NCBI GenBank assembly: GCA_951406725.2
Contig: OX597815.1
Span: forward strand, 21,018,001-21,082,000
Direction of reading: 5' to 3'
DNA from: Octopus vulgaris
Taxonomy: Eukaryota
Length of the DNA stretch: 64,000 bases
The translations under genes were made by a program, and so were the position numbers. Of this stretch, positions 15,650 through 29,187 are shown one piece after another. The notes under the pieces were generated by a model. That model saw only the letters and a list, made by a program, of their open reading frames with translations. It had not been told where the DNA came from and made no database searches. How positions within the stretch are numbered: position 1 is the stretch's first letter; each line of letters begins with the position of its first letter.

Positions 15650-17090
15650 TGCTATTTTTTTGTATCTTATATGTATAATTTAAAATCATTGCTTCATGAA
15701 AAAGTTTGTTAGAATAAATCTAAATTTCATATGTTTTTATATGTATGCTTTATATATATTTCTGTATATTTTTCTATATTTATGATTTATATTAGTAATT
15801 TATTTTCGAATATTTTATGCACATGTCTTTATATCCGTATTTGTATGTATATTTTATATATGTACATTTTACATTGGTATGTATAATTCATGTACGCTAT
15901 GTATATATTTTAATACATCTGTTTTAGACATACATTTTGCACAAACATATAACATACATGTATGCATATACATACATACATACATACATTCATACATACA
16001 TATATATATATACACACATTTTATATATTACATTGTTTTATATTATATACTACCTATGTAAAATTTATATAACTATTTAAAAATTATATATGAATTTATA
16101 TAATATATATCATCATTAAATACATAGAAATTATATATTTATATTACAAATAATTTTATAAAACATATATACTAATATATATGCATATGTGCGCGCATTT
16201 GTATATATCTATAACATACATACGTATATATAAACATACCGTGTTGAAAGGTATAATATAGCTATTTTTACATATGTATAATGTGATAATGTGGACAATT
16301 TATATATATGTGTATTTTTCACATGCATATAGGAATATGTACTTTACCTATTTTGAACATATGTAAAACATATATGTATATTTAATGTATGCGTACATAT
16401 TTGGTACGTCACTGTATATTTTACATGCTTAAGTTTAGGATTATTAAAAATAATAACAAAAGGATGTCAAAAAATAGTCTAGGAAGAAACTATTAGAGTC
16501 ATGTGTCAATAAAGTTAAATAAAGTCCAGAATATTAAATTTATTCCTTTGTCATTCAAATTCTGAATGAAGTTCCTAGGTGAAGTATTGAGAATCTTTCT
16601 ACAGCCTAGCTACATGCAATAATTTATTAACTACACACAACAAACTCATACATACACGTGTACACACACACGCATACACATGTATATTTTATATATATAT
16701 ATAAAGATGGATAGATAGATAGATGGATATACATATGTATATATATATATATATACATACATACATACACGAAACTTCAGATCAATTAGTAGCATTTTCT
16801 TTTAAAAATTAAATGATATAATAATGAAAGGTATTGGGTGATCCTTCAAGTTACTCTTTGACATTGTGTGCGTGTGTATATATATATATATATATACATA
16901 TATTACAAAATTAGAGAATGGAGAAACATACTAAATAATAAAACATCAACTATCCGATGATACTCAATCCATACAATACACCATACATAGGAGTAAAGGC
17001 AATATATAAAATGAAATAGATATATAATATAAAAGTAAAAAGATAAAGAGATATATAAAAAATTACTAACCCCTATCTCATTTTATAACC

Positions 17091-17134
<44 letters not shown>

Positions 17135-17214
17135 CATACATACGATATTATCATATATATATATATATATATATAATATATATATATATACATATATAGA
17201 TAGATAGATATACA

Positions 17215-17410
17215 TAGATCGTTAGCCACTACACACATTTTTTCTCTTCTTGTTTCTTTCCTTGTTTTTTCTGTGTCCCTTTCTGTAGAAGAGCGTAGGC
17301 TCGAAGCGTAAAAGACGTTTTCTATTCCTGAGCGTTATACTAATACATCTGTTTGTTTTGTACACCACCTGTCTTCGTCTTTTGTTGTTGTTTTTCGTAA
17401 ACTCTCCCTA
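17215..17410 (+). mobile_element. ~190 bp element with hammerhead-like motif (family H, Penelope-LTR/retrozyme-like)
   Basis: Homologous to reverse-strand copies at 35427-35522 and 36025-36200, and related to 44025-44215. Flanked by simple repeats. Confidence 0.7.
17279..17314 (+). ncRNA. Minimal type I hammerhead-like motif (variant core)
   Basis: cttt-CTGTAGA-A-gagc(gtag)gctc-GAAG-cg-TA-aaag. Helices I and II pair; core deviates at A6 and A15.1. Confidence 0.45.
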
Positions 17411-18423
17411 TATATATATACACACAAACACACAGAGGGAGACACTGATGTGGGAGCGAAACCCCGGAATCGAAAGAGAAAAATTATGATCTACGTGTCA
17501 GCAACAGTTACTCCATAAAAGAGTATTTTGGAGAATTCTATATATTCCTTTCTTACCTTTAATTAGACAGTATGAGGTAAGGTGGGGAATGTAATTTCTC
17601 AATATTGACTTATAGTTTAATCTCAACTTTGTAGCTTTATTTTATCTACACTTAAGATTGGCGAATCACTTAACAGTGCATGACAAAATATTTTGTGGGA
17701 TATATTTGTTAAACTCTGAGTCCATATCCCTCCTTCGTCCACTGAATTTCATTCTTTCATGGGTGATTTAATGCGTCTCAGTAGATAAGAATGAATACAA
17801 TATCATTCGACTATAACCAGGATAAGATTGTCACCCCACGGGTGCTGCTCAATGACGAAAACCAACACAAAAATAATTGGATATTTCCTTAAACTTAAAT
17901 AATACAGACCGAAAAAAATTTACACCCTAATTACATATAATACAGGTCACATTAGATAATTATACGGGATGGGCATTGCTGGAACACCTTTCATCGTGTG
18001 ATTGATCAATCAGGTGTGACCTGGTTCAACAGCTACACATAATATAATCAAAATTATAAATTAAATGAAAATAAAAATTATTCATTAATGAACAATATAT
18101 TTTATCGAAATCTTAAAGGGACACATGCAACAAAAGTGAGGGCTGCTGTTACTGGATTTCTGTGTTAAATAACAGGCAAATATATACAGCCCGCTTGTAG
18201 ACTGGCCGATTACTCCACTACATTTGAATAAGGTTATCATATTCTGAAAATATGTGGAATATTGAAATCTGGTATTAGACGTAGCTGTGCAAAATATTGA
18301 CTGCGGTACCATAAAATAAACAGAACATTTTTTTAAAAATACACTCACAAATACAAAATATGAATCTTAAAAAAATATGGCTATCAGCACTTACCTACAT
18401 ACACGAATACTATGTAGTGTGAG

Positions 18424-18673
<250 letters not shown>

Positions 18674-18754
18674 TTTAATAATTATTACCTTTGAAGGTTA
18701 TTTTTTCCATGCTGACCACTTGATAAAATCGTTCACTTTAATTAACGATCTTAT

Positions 18755-18802
<48 letters not shown>

Positions 18803-18848
18803 TTATTTATTTACATATATATGTATATGCATATATATATATATATAT

Positions 18849-18881
<33 letters not shown>

Positions 18882-19858
18882 CAATAAGAAAATGGAGGGG
18901 ATCAAGGAATGGTATTCATCAACTTTTAAGAAAAATACGAAATACAGTAATCTTCTCTTCTCAACACATGAAATATGTGTGTACCTATGGGTATTTGTGT
19001 ACGTTAATATGTGTGTATATGTGTGTGTGTATGTATTCCTCATTTATATACCTTTTCGTTCCTACATAACTACAATAATCTAAAGATTGATCCTTTAAAT
19101 TTCACTATTATTTCTCTTTTGATAATTTTCTCATCCCTTTGTTTATATTTTATCTAATAGGAATAATATAATTCACCTAATAATAATAATAATAATAATT
19201 GAGTTCTTTGTATGCATATACATATACATATAAATGTATAGATATGTATTTGTGTATATTTGTGTATATGTATGTATATGTAAAAATGTGTATATATGTA
19301 TGTATTTATATTTATAACTTAACCTTATGGGGTACTATGACCACTTGGCTGGACCAGTTCTAAGATACTATTCAACTTCCTATACTTTTAATAATTACAG
19401 GTATTTTCATATTTTTATATATTATATATAATAATAATAATAATGATAATAAGGAAATTATTGTATACAGTGCTCAGGTGCACCACAACTTGTCAGACAG
19501 TGCATATAAAGCACATGTAAAGCATAATATGTTATACATCTATGTATATTGTTATAATTGTGTTTTTAATGAATAAATAGACATAATGTCTAAAAGTTGA
19601 TGAATACCACCTCTTGATCCGCTCCATTTTCTTTATTGCTGTATAAATTAAAAGTAAAACAACTTTTTACCCTCACCCAATTATTACATTCAGTAGCGTA
19701 ATTCCCATGCAATGCAAAAACACTACGTATTAATAATTGGGTATTCTACCAGCAGTATATTGGGTAGATATTATCCCTTAGTTGGATTCAAAACCTCTAA
19801 CTCTCTTGGAATTATATGTGTATGTGTGTGGTACACAGGTATATATTTATATATATAT

Positions 19859-19889
<31 letters not shown>

Positions 19890-19949
19890 GCATAGATTAT
19901 ATATATATATATTTATATATATATATATATATATATATTTGTACATATA

Positions 19950-19993
<44 letters not shown>

Positions 19994-20092
19994 TATATTT
20001 ATATACATATATGTATGTATATATATACATATATATTTGTAACATAAAGATATACAGAAAAGAAACACGGAGAGAAACAAGGAGAGAAAAAA

Positions 20093-20164
<72 letters not shown>

Positions 20165-20502
20165 ATAATACTTATATATAAATATGTATATATATATATA
20201 TACAAGATATATATATGGATAGGACACGATTTTACTTGATATGACTGAATATGAGCTAGCGAGTGCACGAGAGGGTGATTTTGTATATGTGTCTGTGTAA
20301 AAGAATATGCGCATATACATATACCTACATAAATATACACTTATACATAACTCTACATATATGTGTTCCAATACATATAAATATATATATAAAAGCGTAT
20401 ATATTATATATGTATTATCATACACACATATATGTGCATATATACAGAAATGTATATACATGCCCATAGGCATATGTAACTGTGCATAGATAGATAGATA
20501 GC

Positions 20503-20580
<78 letters not shown>

Positions 20581-20675
20581 TATGCATATATATGTGCACA
20601 TGCATCCATTGATACATAACTGACTCTAAACATACCTATTTATATACTTATACTTATATCGATCCATCACTCTAG

Positions 20676-20721
<46 letters not shown>

Positions 20722-20846
20722 AAAAAAAAAAAAAAAAAAAAATATATATATATGTGTACATATGTATGTGTTTATATATATAAATATAAATATATATATA
20801 TACATATACATACATATATATATAAACACATACATATGTACACATG

Positions 20847-20890
<44 letters not shown>

Positions 20891-21475
20891 TATATAAATA
20901 TATATATATATACATATATTTATAACTATATATGTGTACATAATACATGTATGTGTATATACATTTATATATATGTACATATACAATCTTATATATAACA
21001 TATACATGTATTCATATATGAATATATTTGTGTGCATGTGTATACATACATACGCACACACTCGCACATACACATACATAAATACATATATATACATATA
21101 TATCTCTATATGTATGTATGTATACGCAGACACTCATACATTTCTACCCCGAGGTGAAATATGCAATTAATCTGATAAAATTAATCACTTTGCCCATTAT
21201 ATTATTTTACGAACATTACACACGCATATTTATATAGTCACACGTATAAATTCTTGCACTGAAACAAACACATACATTACACACATATAGATATGCTGCT
21301 CATTTATAAATCCACACACGTATATTCTCTCATATAGCTATACATCCATGCACTCTCATGCTCACGCACATATGCATGTAGATAGAAGTTTCATATTTAT
21401 ATCAGCAAACAAAAACGGATGTAAAGTGATGCTTAAACATAAACATATGCACTATATGCTTCTACAAGTATAAAT

Positions 21476-21561
<86 letters not shown>

Positions 21562-21562
21562 G

Positions 21563-21768
<206 letters not shown>

Positions 21769-22392
21769 ATGCACATCGTCTACATGGAAGTATAATTTTA
21801 ATAAATCAAGAATTTATGGTGTATGCTATATGATATAACTATTTGTCTATGTTATTTAACTACATTATTTATATACACGTTCCTGGCGACACTGAATTAT
21901 TTCTCTTCGCTCATTTTTGTTTAAATGGTGCAAATCACCTAGGACATAAATGTAGTCTACTCCTTTCTGTATGAGTGCAGCTTCCTTGTCTGCTCGAAAT
22001 AAGGTTTGACCGTTCGTACTGACGACGGCTGTTGAGCCAGAAACACGTATCCACGGCTGTCCTATCTCCAGACATTAAGTCTGTCCTTTTCTTTAATGGC
22101 TTAGCAATTTTGAGCATCCCTGATTCTTGAGATTATCTCCCCTTCTCATATGGAGCTGGTCTTAATTGCCGTTTGGTAATCATGACCCTTCCTTCTGAAT
22201 GGGAGATAATTTTCATAAATCAGGGATTTATGTTGTAAGGTGTTTGATATACTTGTATTTGTCTACAAATATGTGTGTGAGAGAGAGAGAGAGTTGGGGT
22301 GATTGGGATGAGTGTGTGTGTGTGCGTGTGTGTGCATGTGTGTGTGTGTGAGTGTATGTGTTCGTCTATGTAAATGTATGAAAATATTTATA

Positions 22393-22745
22393 TGAGGTCT
22401 GATCAAAAAGTATCGGGACTGGTGCTATAAAAGGAAGACTTCAACACTTATCAATTCGGCATTTAATCCCCTTCGAATTAATCCCCTACTGAAGTCACAC
22501 ACTTTATCCAGCGTCGTTTCAATTGATGGAAGGATTCCTGAAACTCTTTCGGTTGGGATAGCAAGTAGCTGCCTTGTCGCATTCTTTTGGATTTCTTTGA
22601 CGTCTTGAAATCTTGATGGGTGTCTTCCACAGCGAATACTGAGTCTTGATCTCGGATTCATAGCTCTAAGCCTGCGGTTCGTCACCTGCTATGACCGTTT
22701 TCAAAAACCCTTCATTTACCATGACTCAATCGAGAAGATCCTGCT
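22393..22745 (-). mobile_element. Internally deleted mariner transposon remnant
   Basis: Minus strand gives FLKTVIAGDE...YESEIKTQYSLWKTP (cf. ITGDETW..YDPE.K.QS..W), RFQDVKEIQKNAT..L.AIP and FHQLKRRWIKCV...GD. TIR-like tgaggtctgatcaaaaagtatc lies next to TA. Confidence 0.85.
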
Positions 22746-23084
22746 CATATGCATGTGTATATATCTTTTCTTTTTATAATGTACATGTGTTTCGGAAAGC
22801 TAGTCACCGTAAATTTCGTGAGCCAAAAGGTCGGCTCAAATGCAACCGGCTCACTTCGTCTGAATTATTGGCAAAAAATAGATGAAGAGAGATGCAGGCT
22901 CTTATATACACCAGTATGCAAATAAGAATAGTTAGAATATTGCAGGAAAGTAGAACAGAGGTAGGGGAAAATGAAAGTGTACTAGAGCATGAAAGTGGAG
23001 TGTGATGGGAAGGAGAAAAGAGGGTCATCAAGGCCATGCCTAATCCAAGCGTATAATAAAGATAATAATGATAATAATACTCAT

Positions 23085-23097
23085 ACTAATAATAATG

Positions 23098-23159
<62 letters not shown>

Positions 23160-23225
23160 CATCATCATCATTAGTAGCAGTAGTAGTAGTAGTTGTTGTT
23201 GTTGTTGTTGTTGTTGCTGTTGATC
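23085..23225. repeat. Compound trinucleotide tract (TTA/TCA/GTA/GTT)
   Basis: Directly visible. Confidence 0.95.
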
Positions 23226-23389
23226 TAAAAATAGCAGCATCAGTAAAAACAATAACAAATAAAACAATCTAAAATGTCACAATAACAGTAGTTGTAGTGG
23301 TAATAAGAACAACAACAATAATAATAATGGTTTCAAATTATGGCACAAGGCCAGCAATTTCGTGAAAAAGAATGAAAAGCAAAGTTGAC

Positions 23390-23421
<32 letters not shown>

Positions 23422-23973
23422 GAGTGAGAGAGCAGTGCATGCCATCAAAGTGACACTGGGGTAAAATATACAAAGCCCAGTATACCCATCATGACTACCC
23501 GTCTGATAAGGGTACACCAGGCACATGAATCACAACCATATGTGCGCGACATGGTGATCTCATATAAAGATAAACAGCACATGACCTTGCAGGTGGGGTC
23601 CAGTTAGAATTTTCTTCACGTCGAGTAGCCCATCCTGCTCAAAAGGTCGCTGAATAAGGGTTGCTTTAGGATGTTGAACGAAACACCCGTTTCCAGAGGT
23701 GAATTATTCAAACTCCAAAGAATCCCTCTCAACAAATGGCTATGATGCTCCCCCACTACTTCTGCTCGTGATCAGAGATGCACATATCGTCAGCCACTAA
23801 GGGACAAGGTCAACTGGTTAAGGTCAAACAATTGACAAGCAAATCTGTGGTATTGAGCAGAATATTTGCTGTAGCCCATCTTTTACACCAAGACAAAACA
23901 ATGTACATGATAACACTTCCAATCAGTTAAGATCAGAAGCCATGAGAGCCACTGCCTGGTACGGCATCAGGGC

Positions 23974-23975
<2 letters not shown>
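23422..23975 (-). mobile_element. ~550 bp non-coding element inserted in (TAA)n (family T)
   Basis: Same termini as the copy at 46870-47381; both have TTA repeats on each side. Strand inferred from the short copy at 32625. Confidence 0.85.
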
Positions 23976-24046
<71 letters not shown>

Positions 24047-24109
24047 GAGTGAGAGAGTAGCGTCGACCCCGAAAGCATAAAAGGCAAAGTCGACCTCGGT
24101 AGTATTTGA

Positions 24110-24670
24110 CTTGAGAACATCATGAGTCGGCAGATTGTAGTAAATCTCTAACCGCAGCAATAAATCGTCCGCACTCTGTACACATAACAGTTGGAGAGAT
24201 CAAATATGTTAAGGTGGCTGCTACAGATGAAGAAGACAATGTTGCTGCCACTTCGTGCATTAGAAGATCCGTATTACGAGATGCATTCAAGAAGTTTTGA
24301 TACTTTTTCAGGAGAGACATTTATTAAGTTCAAAGAAGTACAAAACTCTAACCTCCCTCAAAATAAGACCCTCTGACTTCAATGCATTTGTAGTGCTGCA
24401 GGCACTTTGTGAAGGTCCATGGAAGTCCCTCATAGCGACGATATCCAGGCCCCATGTCACAGCTGGCATCTTTTCAATACCTTCACAACGACTGCCCCTG
24501 GTATTCTCTTCAGCTTGGGTGACAACAGAAAGTCACAGAGGAAACGGTCTGGACTGTCCGGGGGAGGGGGGAGAAGTGAGGTTTTGATGCCCATCTCTCT
24601 CAAGTGGTTGGTGACCAGGATAAAATTGTGATCACCAGTGTTTAGTAGACTATTGACAAGCATTGTTTAA
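24110..24670 (-). mobile_element. Highly decayed RTE-like LINE 3' remnant
   Basis: Minus-strand peptides NHLREM, VVKVLKRCQL..AW and C-terminal CTECGR resemble the RTE ORF end. Confidence 0.45.
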
Positions 24671-25378
24671 TAGGGGCGTTTTCAATGTGCTGTTACAGCC
24701 GTTTCTTTCAATCTGAAATTTTTTAAAAATACGTTGGCAAATCAACTTATTAGATGTATAGTAATAGTATAATAAAATTACAATAATCTAGGACAGTTAT
24801 AACACCCATCTTTGCAGCCAGTCAGAACGTTGTAAGTATCCACAGAGCAGTCAGTTCCACAATGTTTATGCTCACAAGTGCTTCAGGATCTAAGGACGAC
24901 ACAGCGTCTATAGGCCCCAGTTCTACTGGCAATCTCAGCAATATATCTCGTAAGCTAGCCCTTACTACAAGCTGTGCCGGGGAAAGATAACTTAACGATA
25001 TTAATATCTATGCTCCCAGAAGAAAACCTCAGCGAGATTCTTGAAAAACAAAATATTCATTTTAATGTCGCGAGTGAAAGGTGGGCCAAACCATATAACG
25101 TGTAGACTCCTCTGTCTCCTCCCAATATTGGGACGCTAACCCTCCTTAAAAGGAATGTGATGCATCTTTGATTCATGACGAGTTTACCTTAACTTAGGAT
25201 TTAGAGTCTATCCCACATACAATATGTTTACTGATATATATATATATATATGAAACTTTTAATACACGTGCACATGTGTATGGGCATGAACGCGCACGTG
25301 TGAGTAGATGGTCCTTGTAAGGGAGAATATATGTCCACGGGTTTATAAATGTGTATGCATGTATGTGTGCGTGCTTGG

Positions 25379-25431
<53 letters not shown>

Positions 25432-25575
25432 CGTGCGCGTGTGTGTGTGTGTCGTGGAATGTGTATATACGTGAATTCTGCATTTTTGTTCATCATTTTA
25501 TTATATTAATGAATTACCAATTACCGAATACGATAAATTCTAGATATATTTAAATTTTCTAAGCCAAAAAGCATA

Positions 25576-25703
25576 AGAAGAAGGAGGGGGGAGGAGGCGG
25601 AGGAGGAGGAGGAGGAGGAGGAGGAAGAAGAAGAAGAAGAAGAAGAAGAAGAAGAAGAAGAAGAAGAAGAAGAAGAAGAAGAAGAAGAAGAAGAAGAAGA
25701 AGG
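25576..25703. repeat. (GGA)n(GAA)n purine tract
   Basis: Directly visible. Confidence 0.97.
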
Positions 25704-26050
25704 ACTTCTTTGAATTTCTTTTAATATTAAGACGATGAATTTTTCTTAATAATTAATAATTAATTGTTAATTATTAATAAATCAGTGTTGTTATTAACGT
25801 CTATCAACATTTCGCTGAGAAATATATTTATTTTAATGAAAATAATTGACTTAAGATAATTAAGAAAAATTCATCTATCATATCAGCAGGATTTAAAGAT
25901 CAATGCATCGGTTGGTAATGAGAGTCTTTTATGAAATTTTCATTGAATCTATGAAGTTAAAAGATAGATAAGACTGATAATAGTGATGATGCCGATTTAT
26001 TCGTGCATGTTTGGAGATTGGCCGTGCACGCATGTGTATGTGTGTGTGTA

Positions 26051-26380
26051 GGAGGCGCAATGGCCCAGTGGTTAGGGCAGCGGACTCGCGGTCATAGGAT
26101 CGCGGTTTCGATTCCCAGACCGGGCGTTGTGAGTGTTTATTGAGCGAAAACACCTAAAAAGCTCCACGAGGCTCCGGCAGGGGATGGTGGTGATCCCTGC
26201 TATACTCTTTCACCACAACTTTCTCTCTCACTCTTACTTCCTGTTTCTGTTGTACCTGTATTTCAAAGGGCCGGCCTTGTCACTCTCTGTGTCACGCTGA
26301 ATATCCCCGAGAACTACGTTAAGGGTACACGTGTATGTGGAGTGCTCAGCCACTTACACGTTAATTTCACGAGCAGGCTT
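26051..26380 (+). mobile_element. tRNA-derived SINE (head A, tail X)
   Basis: A box tggcccagtgg and B box ggtttcgattcc. Head matches the reverse-strand copies at 33691-33795 and 39090-39271. Confidence 0.9.
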
Positions 26381-26619
26381 CCGCAATGTGTGTGTGTGTG
26401 TATGTGTGTGTGTATTTTGCGATATTTCACTTTTACTAGATAGGCTCGGTCAGTAGAGCTTCAGACACAATGCATCGTAATATATGTTAAAAGTTCTGCC
26501 TCCTCTGCTCAAATCTTGCTGATGTCGATTTAGCTTTTCGTCTTTTCGGGATCGATAGAATAAGTACCAATGGAGTACTGGGGTCGAAGCCCCTAATTGG
26601 TCCATGTACTTCTGAAGAT

Positions 26620-28365
26620 TTTAACTCACTGTTCCCAGGGCTCCGACAATTATTGGTACTACTACCACCTTTTTCATCGACCACAACTACTTAACCTCCC
26701 AAGCTAACCTGTCATATCTAACGACTTTTCTTTCTTCGTTATCGCATACCTTGTTGTCAGCTGAGCATGATATATCTATGATCCAGCATAGTTTGCTTTC
26801 TTTCTCAATTAACACTATGTCTGGTTTCCTATTCTCTATCTCATGGTCGAACTGATTCATAAAATCCCATAGGATCTTTGCATTATTTTCGATGATGCTT
26901 TCAGGTTTATGTTCGTACAACTTTCTTGCTCTGTCAAGTCCACACTTGTTGCAAAGTTTCCAATGGACAATCCTTGCTATATTGTCATGACATCTCTTAT
27001 ATTCTTTCTGGAATGGTGGCGTACATTGGCTGGTAATATGCCATACGGTTTCACCATTTTATCCGCAAATTCTGCACTTATCACTTTCTGGTGTGTTGTC
27101 TATTCTGTATTTGATGTAATTGGTTCTTAATGCTTGCTCTTGGACAGCACAGATTAGAACCCCTGTTTCCGGCTTTAAATCACTTTTAGTCATCCATAGC
27201 CATCTTTTTCTCTGTCTGTCTTATCTTCAACATCTCTATGAAATTTTCCATGCATTTTTTCTTTATCAACATATTTTTAGTTTCATTCATTCTTAAGTCC
27301 TTTACGGTGCTTTATCTTTGCAATCTTTCATCCTACACAAGCCTGGCCTTCTTATTTCTAATAATAGTGGTTCTGTGACATTTTTTTTACATACCATGCT
27401 ATGTTGTTTACTTCTGCTCTAATGCTATGTTCGCGTCCAATCAGTCCTCTTCCACCCTCTTTTTCTTGGTACAGACAGTCTGTCTGTATCACTTTTTGGG
27501 TGGAGTATCCCATATCAAGTCAGCAACTTCCTTGTTTTTCTGTCTAAGCTGTTTAATTCGTCTACTATCCAAGCGATTACCTATGCTCCATATCTAAGTA
27601 CTGAAACCGCCCAGGTGTTTATAGCTTCAATCTTATTCCGTCCGTTTAATTTGACTTAAGGATCAGGCTCAATCTGCGCAAGTACTCCACCTTAAATTTT
27701 TCTATCATTTCTTTCTCCATCGAATTATCCATTTCCAATATCCCCAAGAACTTATATCCCGTCTTTTCTATTTGCTTCATAACCTCCCCCATACATTTGA
27801 TTTTGCCTCTCTTCAAGACTAACACACCAGAATTTTTCAATCCGAACTCCATTCTGATATCAGCTCTGAAAGTATACACCGTATGAACGAGGGAATTGAC
27901 TTGGGATTCATCTTTACTATAAAGTTTGAGGTCATCCATGAATAACAAATGGTTGACTTTTTGTTGGCGGCTCTTGAATACATACCCAACCTTTGCTTTC
28001 CTCAGAATCAGTGTTAGTGGTATCAGGCACAGCACAAAGATCAGTGGGGACAGGCAGTCCCCTTGGAAGATGTTTCTCCTAATTTCTATTGTCCCTAAAC
28101 TTCTTCCATATGCTGTCAGTTCCGTCCTCTACCTCGCCATACTTTTTCCAAGCAATCGTTCAACATTCGATGCAATACCAAATAGGTTCATATGCCTTAC
28201 GATAATCGATCCATGTTATGGCTAAGTTAGTTTTCCTTCTCTTACACTCTCTAAGTACAGTTTTGTCTACCAGGACTTTATCCTCGATACCTCTTCATTT
28301 ACGCTTGCAACCCTTCTGCTCCTGTAGCAGGGCTCAATTTTTTCCAGATGCCTGGACATTGACTC
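26620..28365 (-). mobile_element. Decayed R4/Dong-type non-LTR retrotransposon (RT plus REL endonuclease)
   Basis: GDCLSPLIFVLCLIPL and VNHLLFMDDLKLY (RT); AKILWDF, RKPDIVLI...IIDISC and VVPIIVGALG (REL domain). Stops and frameshifts; abuts (TTA)n. Confidence 0.92.
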
Positions 28366-28431
<66 letters not shown>

Positions 28432-28433
<2 letters not shown>

Positions 28434-28610
28434 GAAACCTCACAGCTTATTTTGCTGGGTATGATGGAAAGTGTCGGCTGTCCACAGCCAGCAGGCTAAG
28501 GTGACACTTGTTTACTGGTCATGCTTCAAGAATCCTCCAAAGATTTCTTGCAATTGGAACTTCAGTGCTGATATTCCAAGTGCACCAATTACTATTGGTA
28601 TCACTATTAC
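28432..28610 (-). mobile_element. 3' end of a second Dong/R4-type LINE with (TAA)n tail
   Basis: Minus strand IVIPIVIGALG...ARNLWRILEA*, a short 3' UTR, then (TAA)n at 28366-28431. Confidence 0.75.
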
Positions 28611-28629
28611 TGTTGTTGTTCTTGTTGGT

Positions 28630-28663
<34 letters not shown>

Positions 28664-28684
28664 CTGCAGTTGTTGTTGTTATGA

Positions 28685-28840
28685 CAGCGAGTTGGTGGAA
28701 ACGTTAGAACGTTTCTGAGATCAAATTCCGCCGAGGTTGGCTTCGCTTTTCATCCATTTGATGATTGGTAAAATGAGTACCAAATGAGCACTGGGGTCAA
28801 TGTAATGGACTAGCCCCATCCCTCAACATTTCATGCCTGG
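28685..28840 (+). mobile_element. Diverged family M SINE
   Basis: caaattccgccgaggttggcttcgcttttcatcc...aaaatgagtacc...ctggggtcaatgtaat. Confidence 0.7.
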
Positions 28841-29113
28841 CTCCAAATCTCACCCAGAGACCTCAAGAGACAACAAGTTGGAAATTCGTGTTGGTGCTAT
28901 TCCTAGGGTGCCATATATTTGGTTTTGTACTTAGGGTTGTACTAGTGAATGCCTAAAAAAACCATACGAAAATTATGTTTGTTTTAAAACTTGAGATTAC
29001 ATAGAAAGTATTTTGCATAGAATATGAGCAGTTCCCATGAGCACTATCTTTTGAATTTCTGCCATTTTGGGGTTTCCTAGAATCTGAGTTGGGTAGCAAT
29101 CAGCCCCTTTTGC

Positions 29114-29187
<74 letters not shown>

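Noticed and set aside
26051-26125. tRNA gene
   Set aside because: A and B boxes are present but the sequence continues into a SINE body with multiple dispersed copies.
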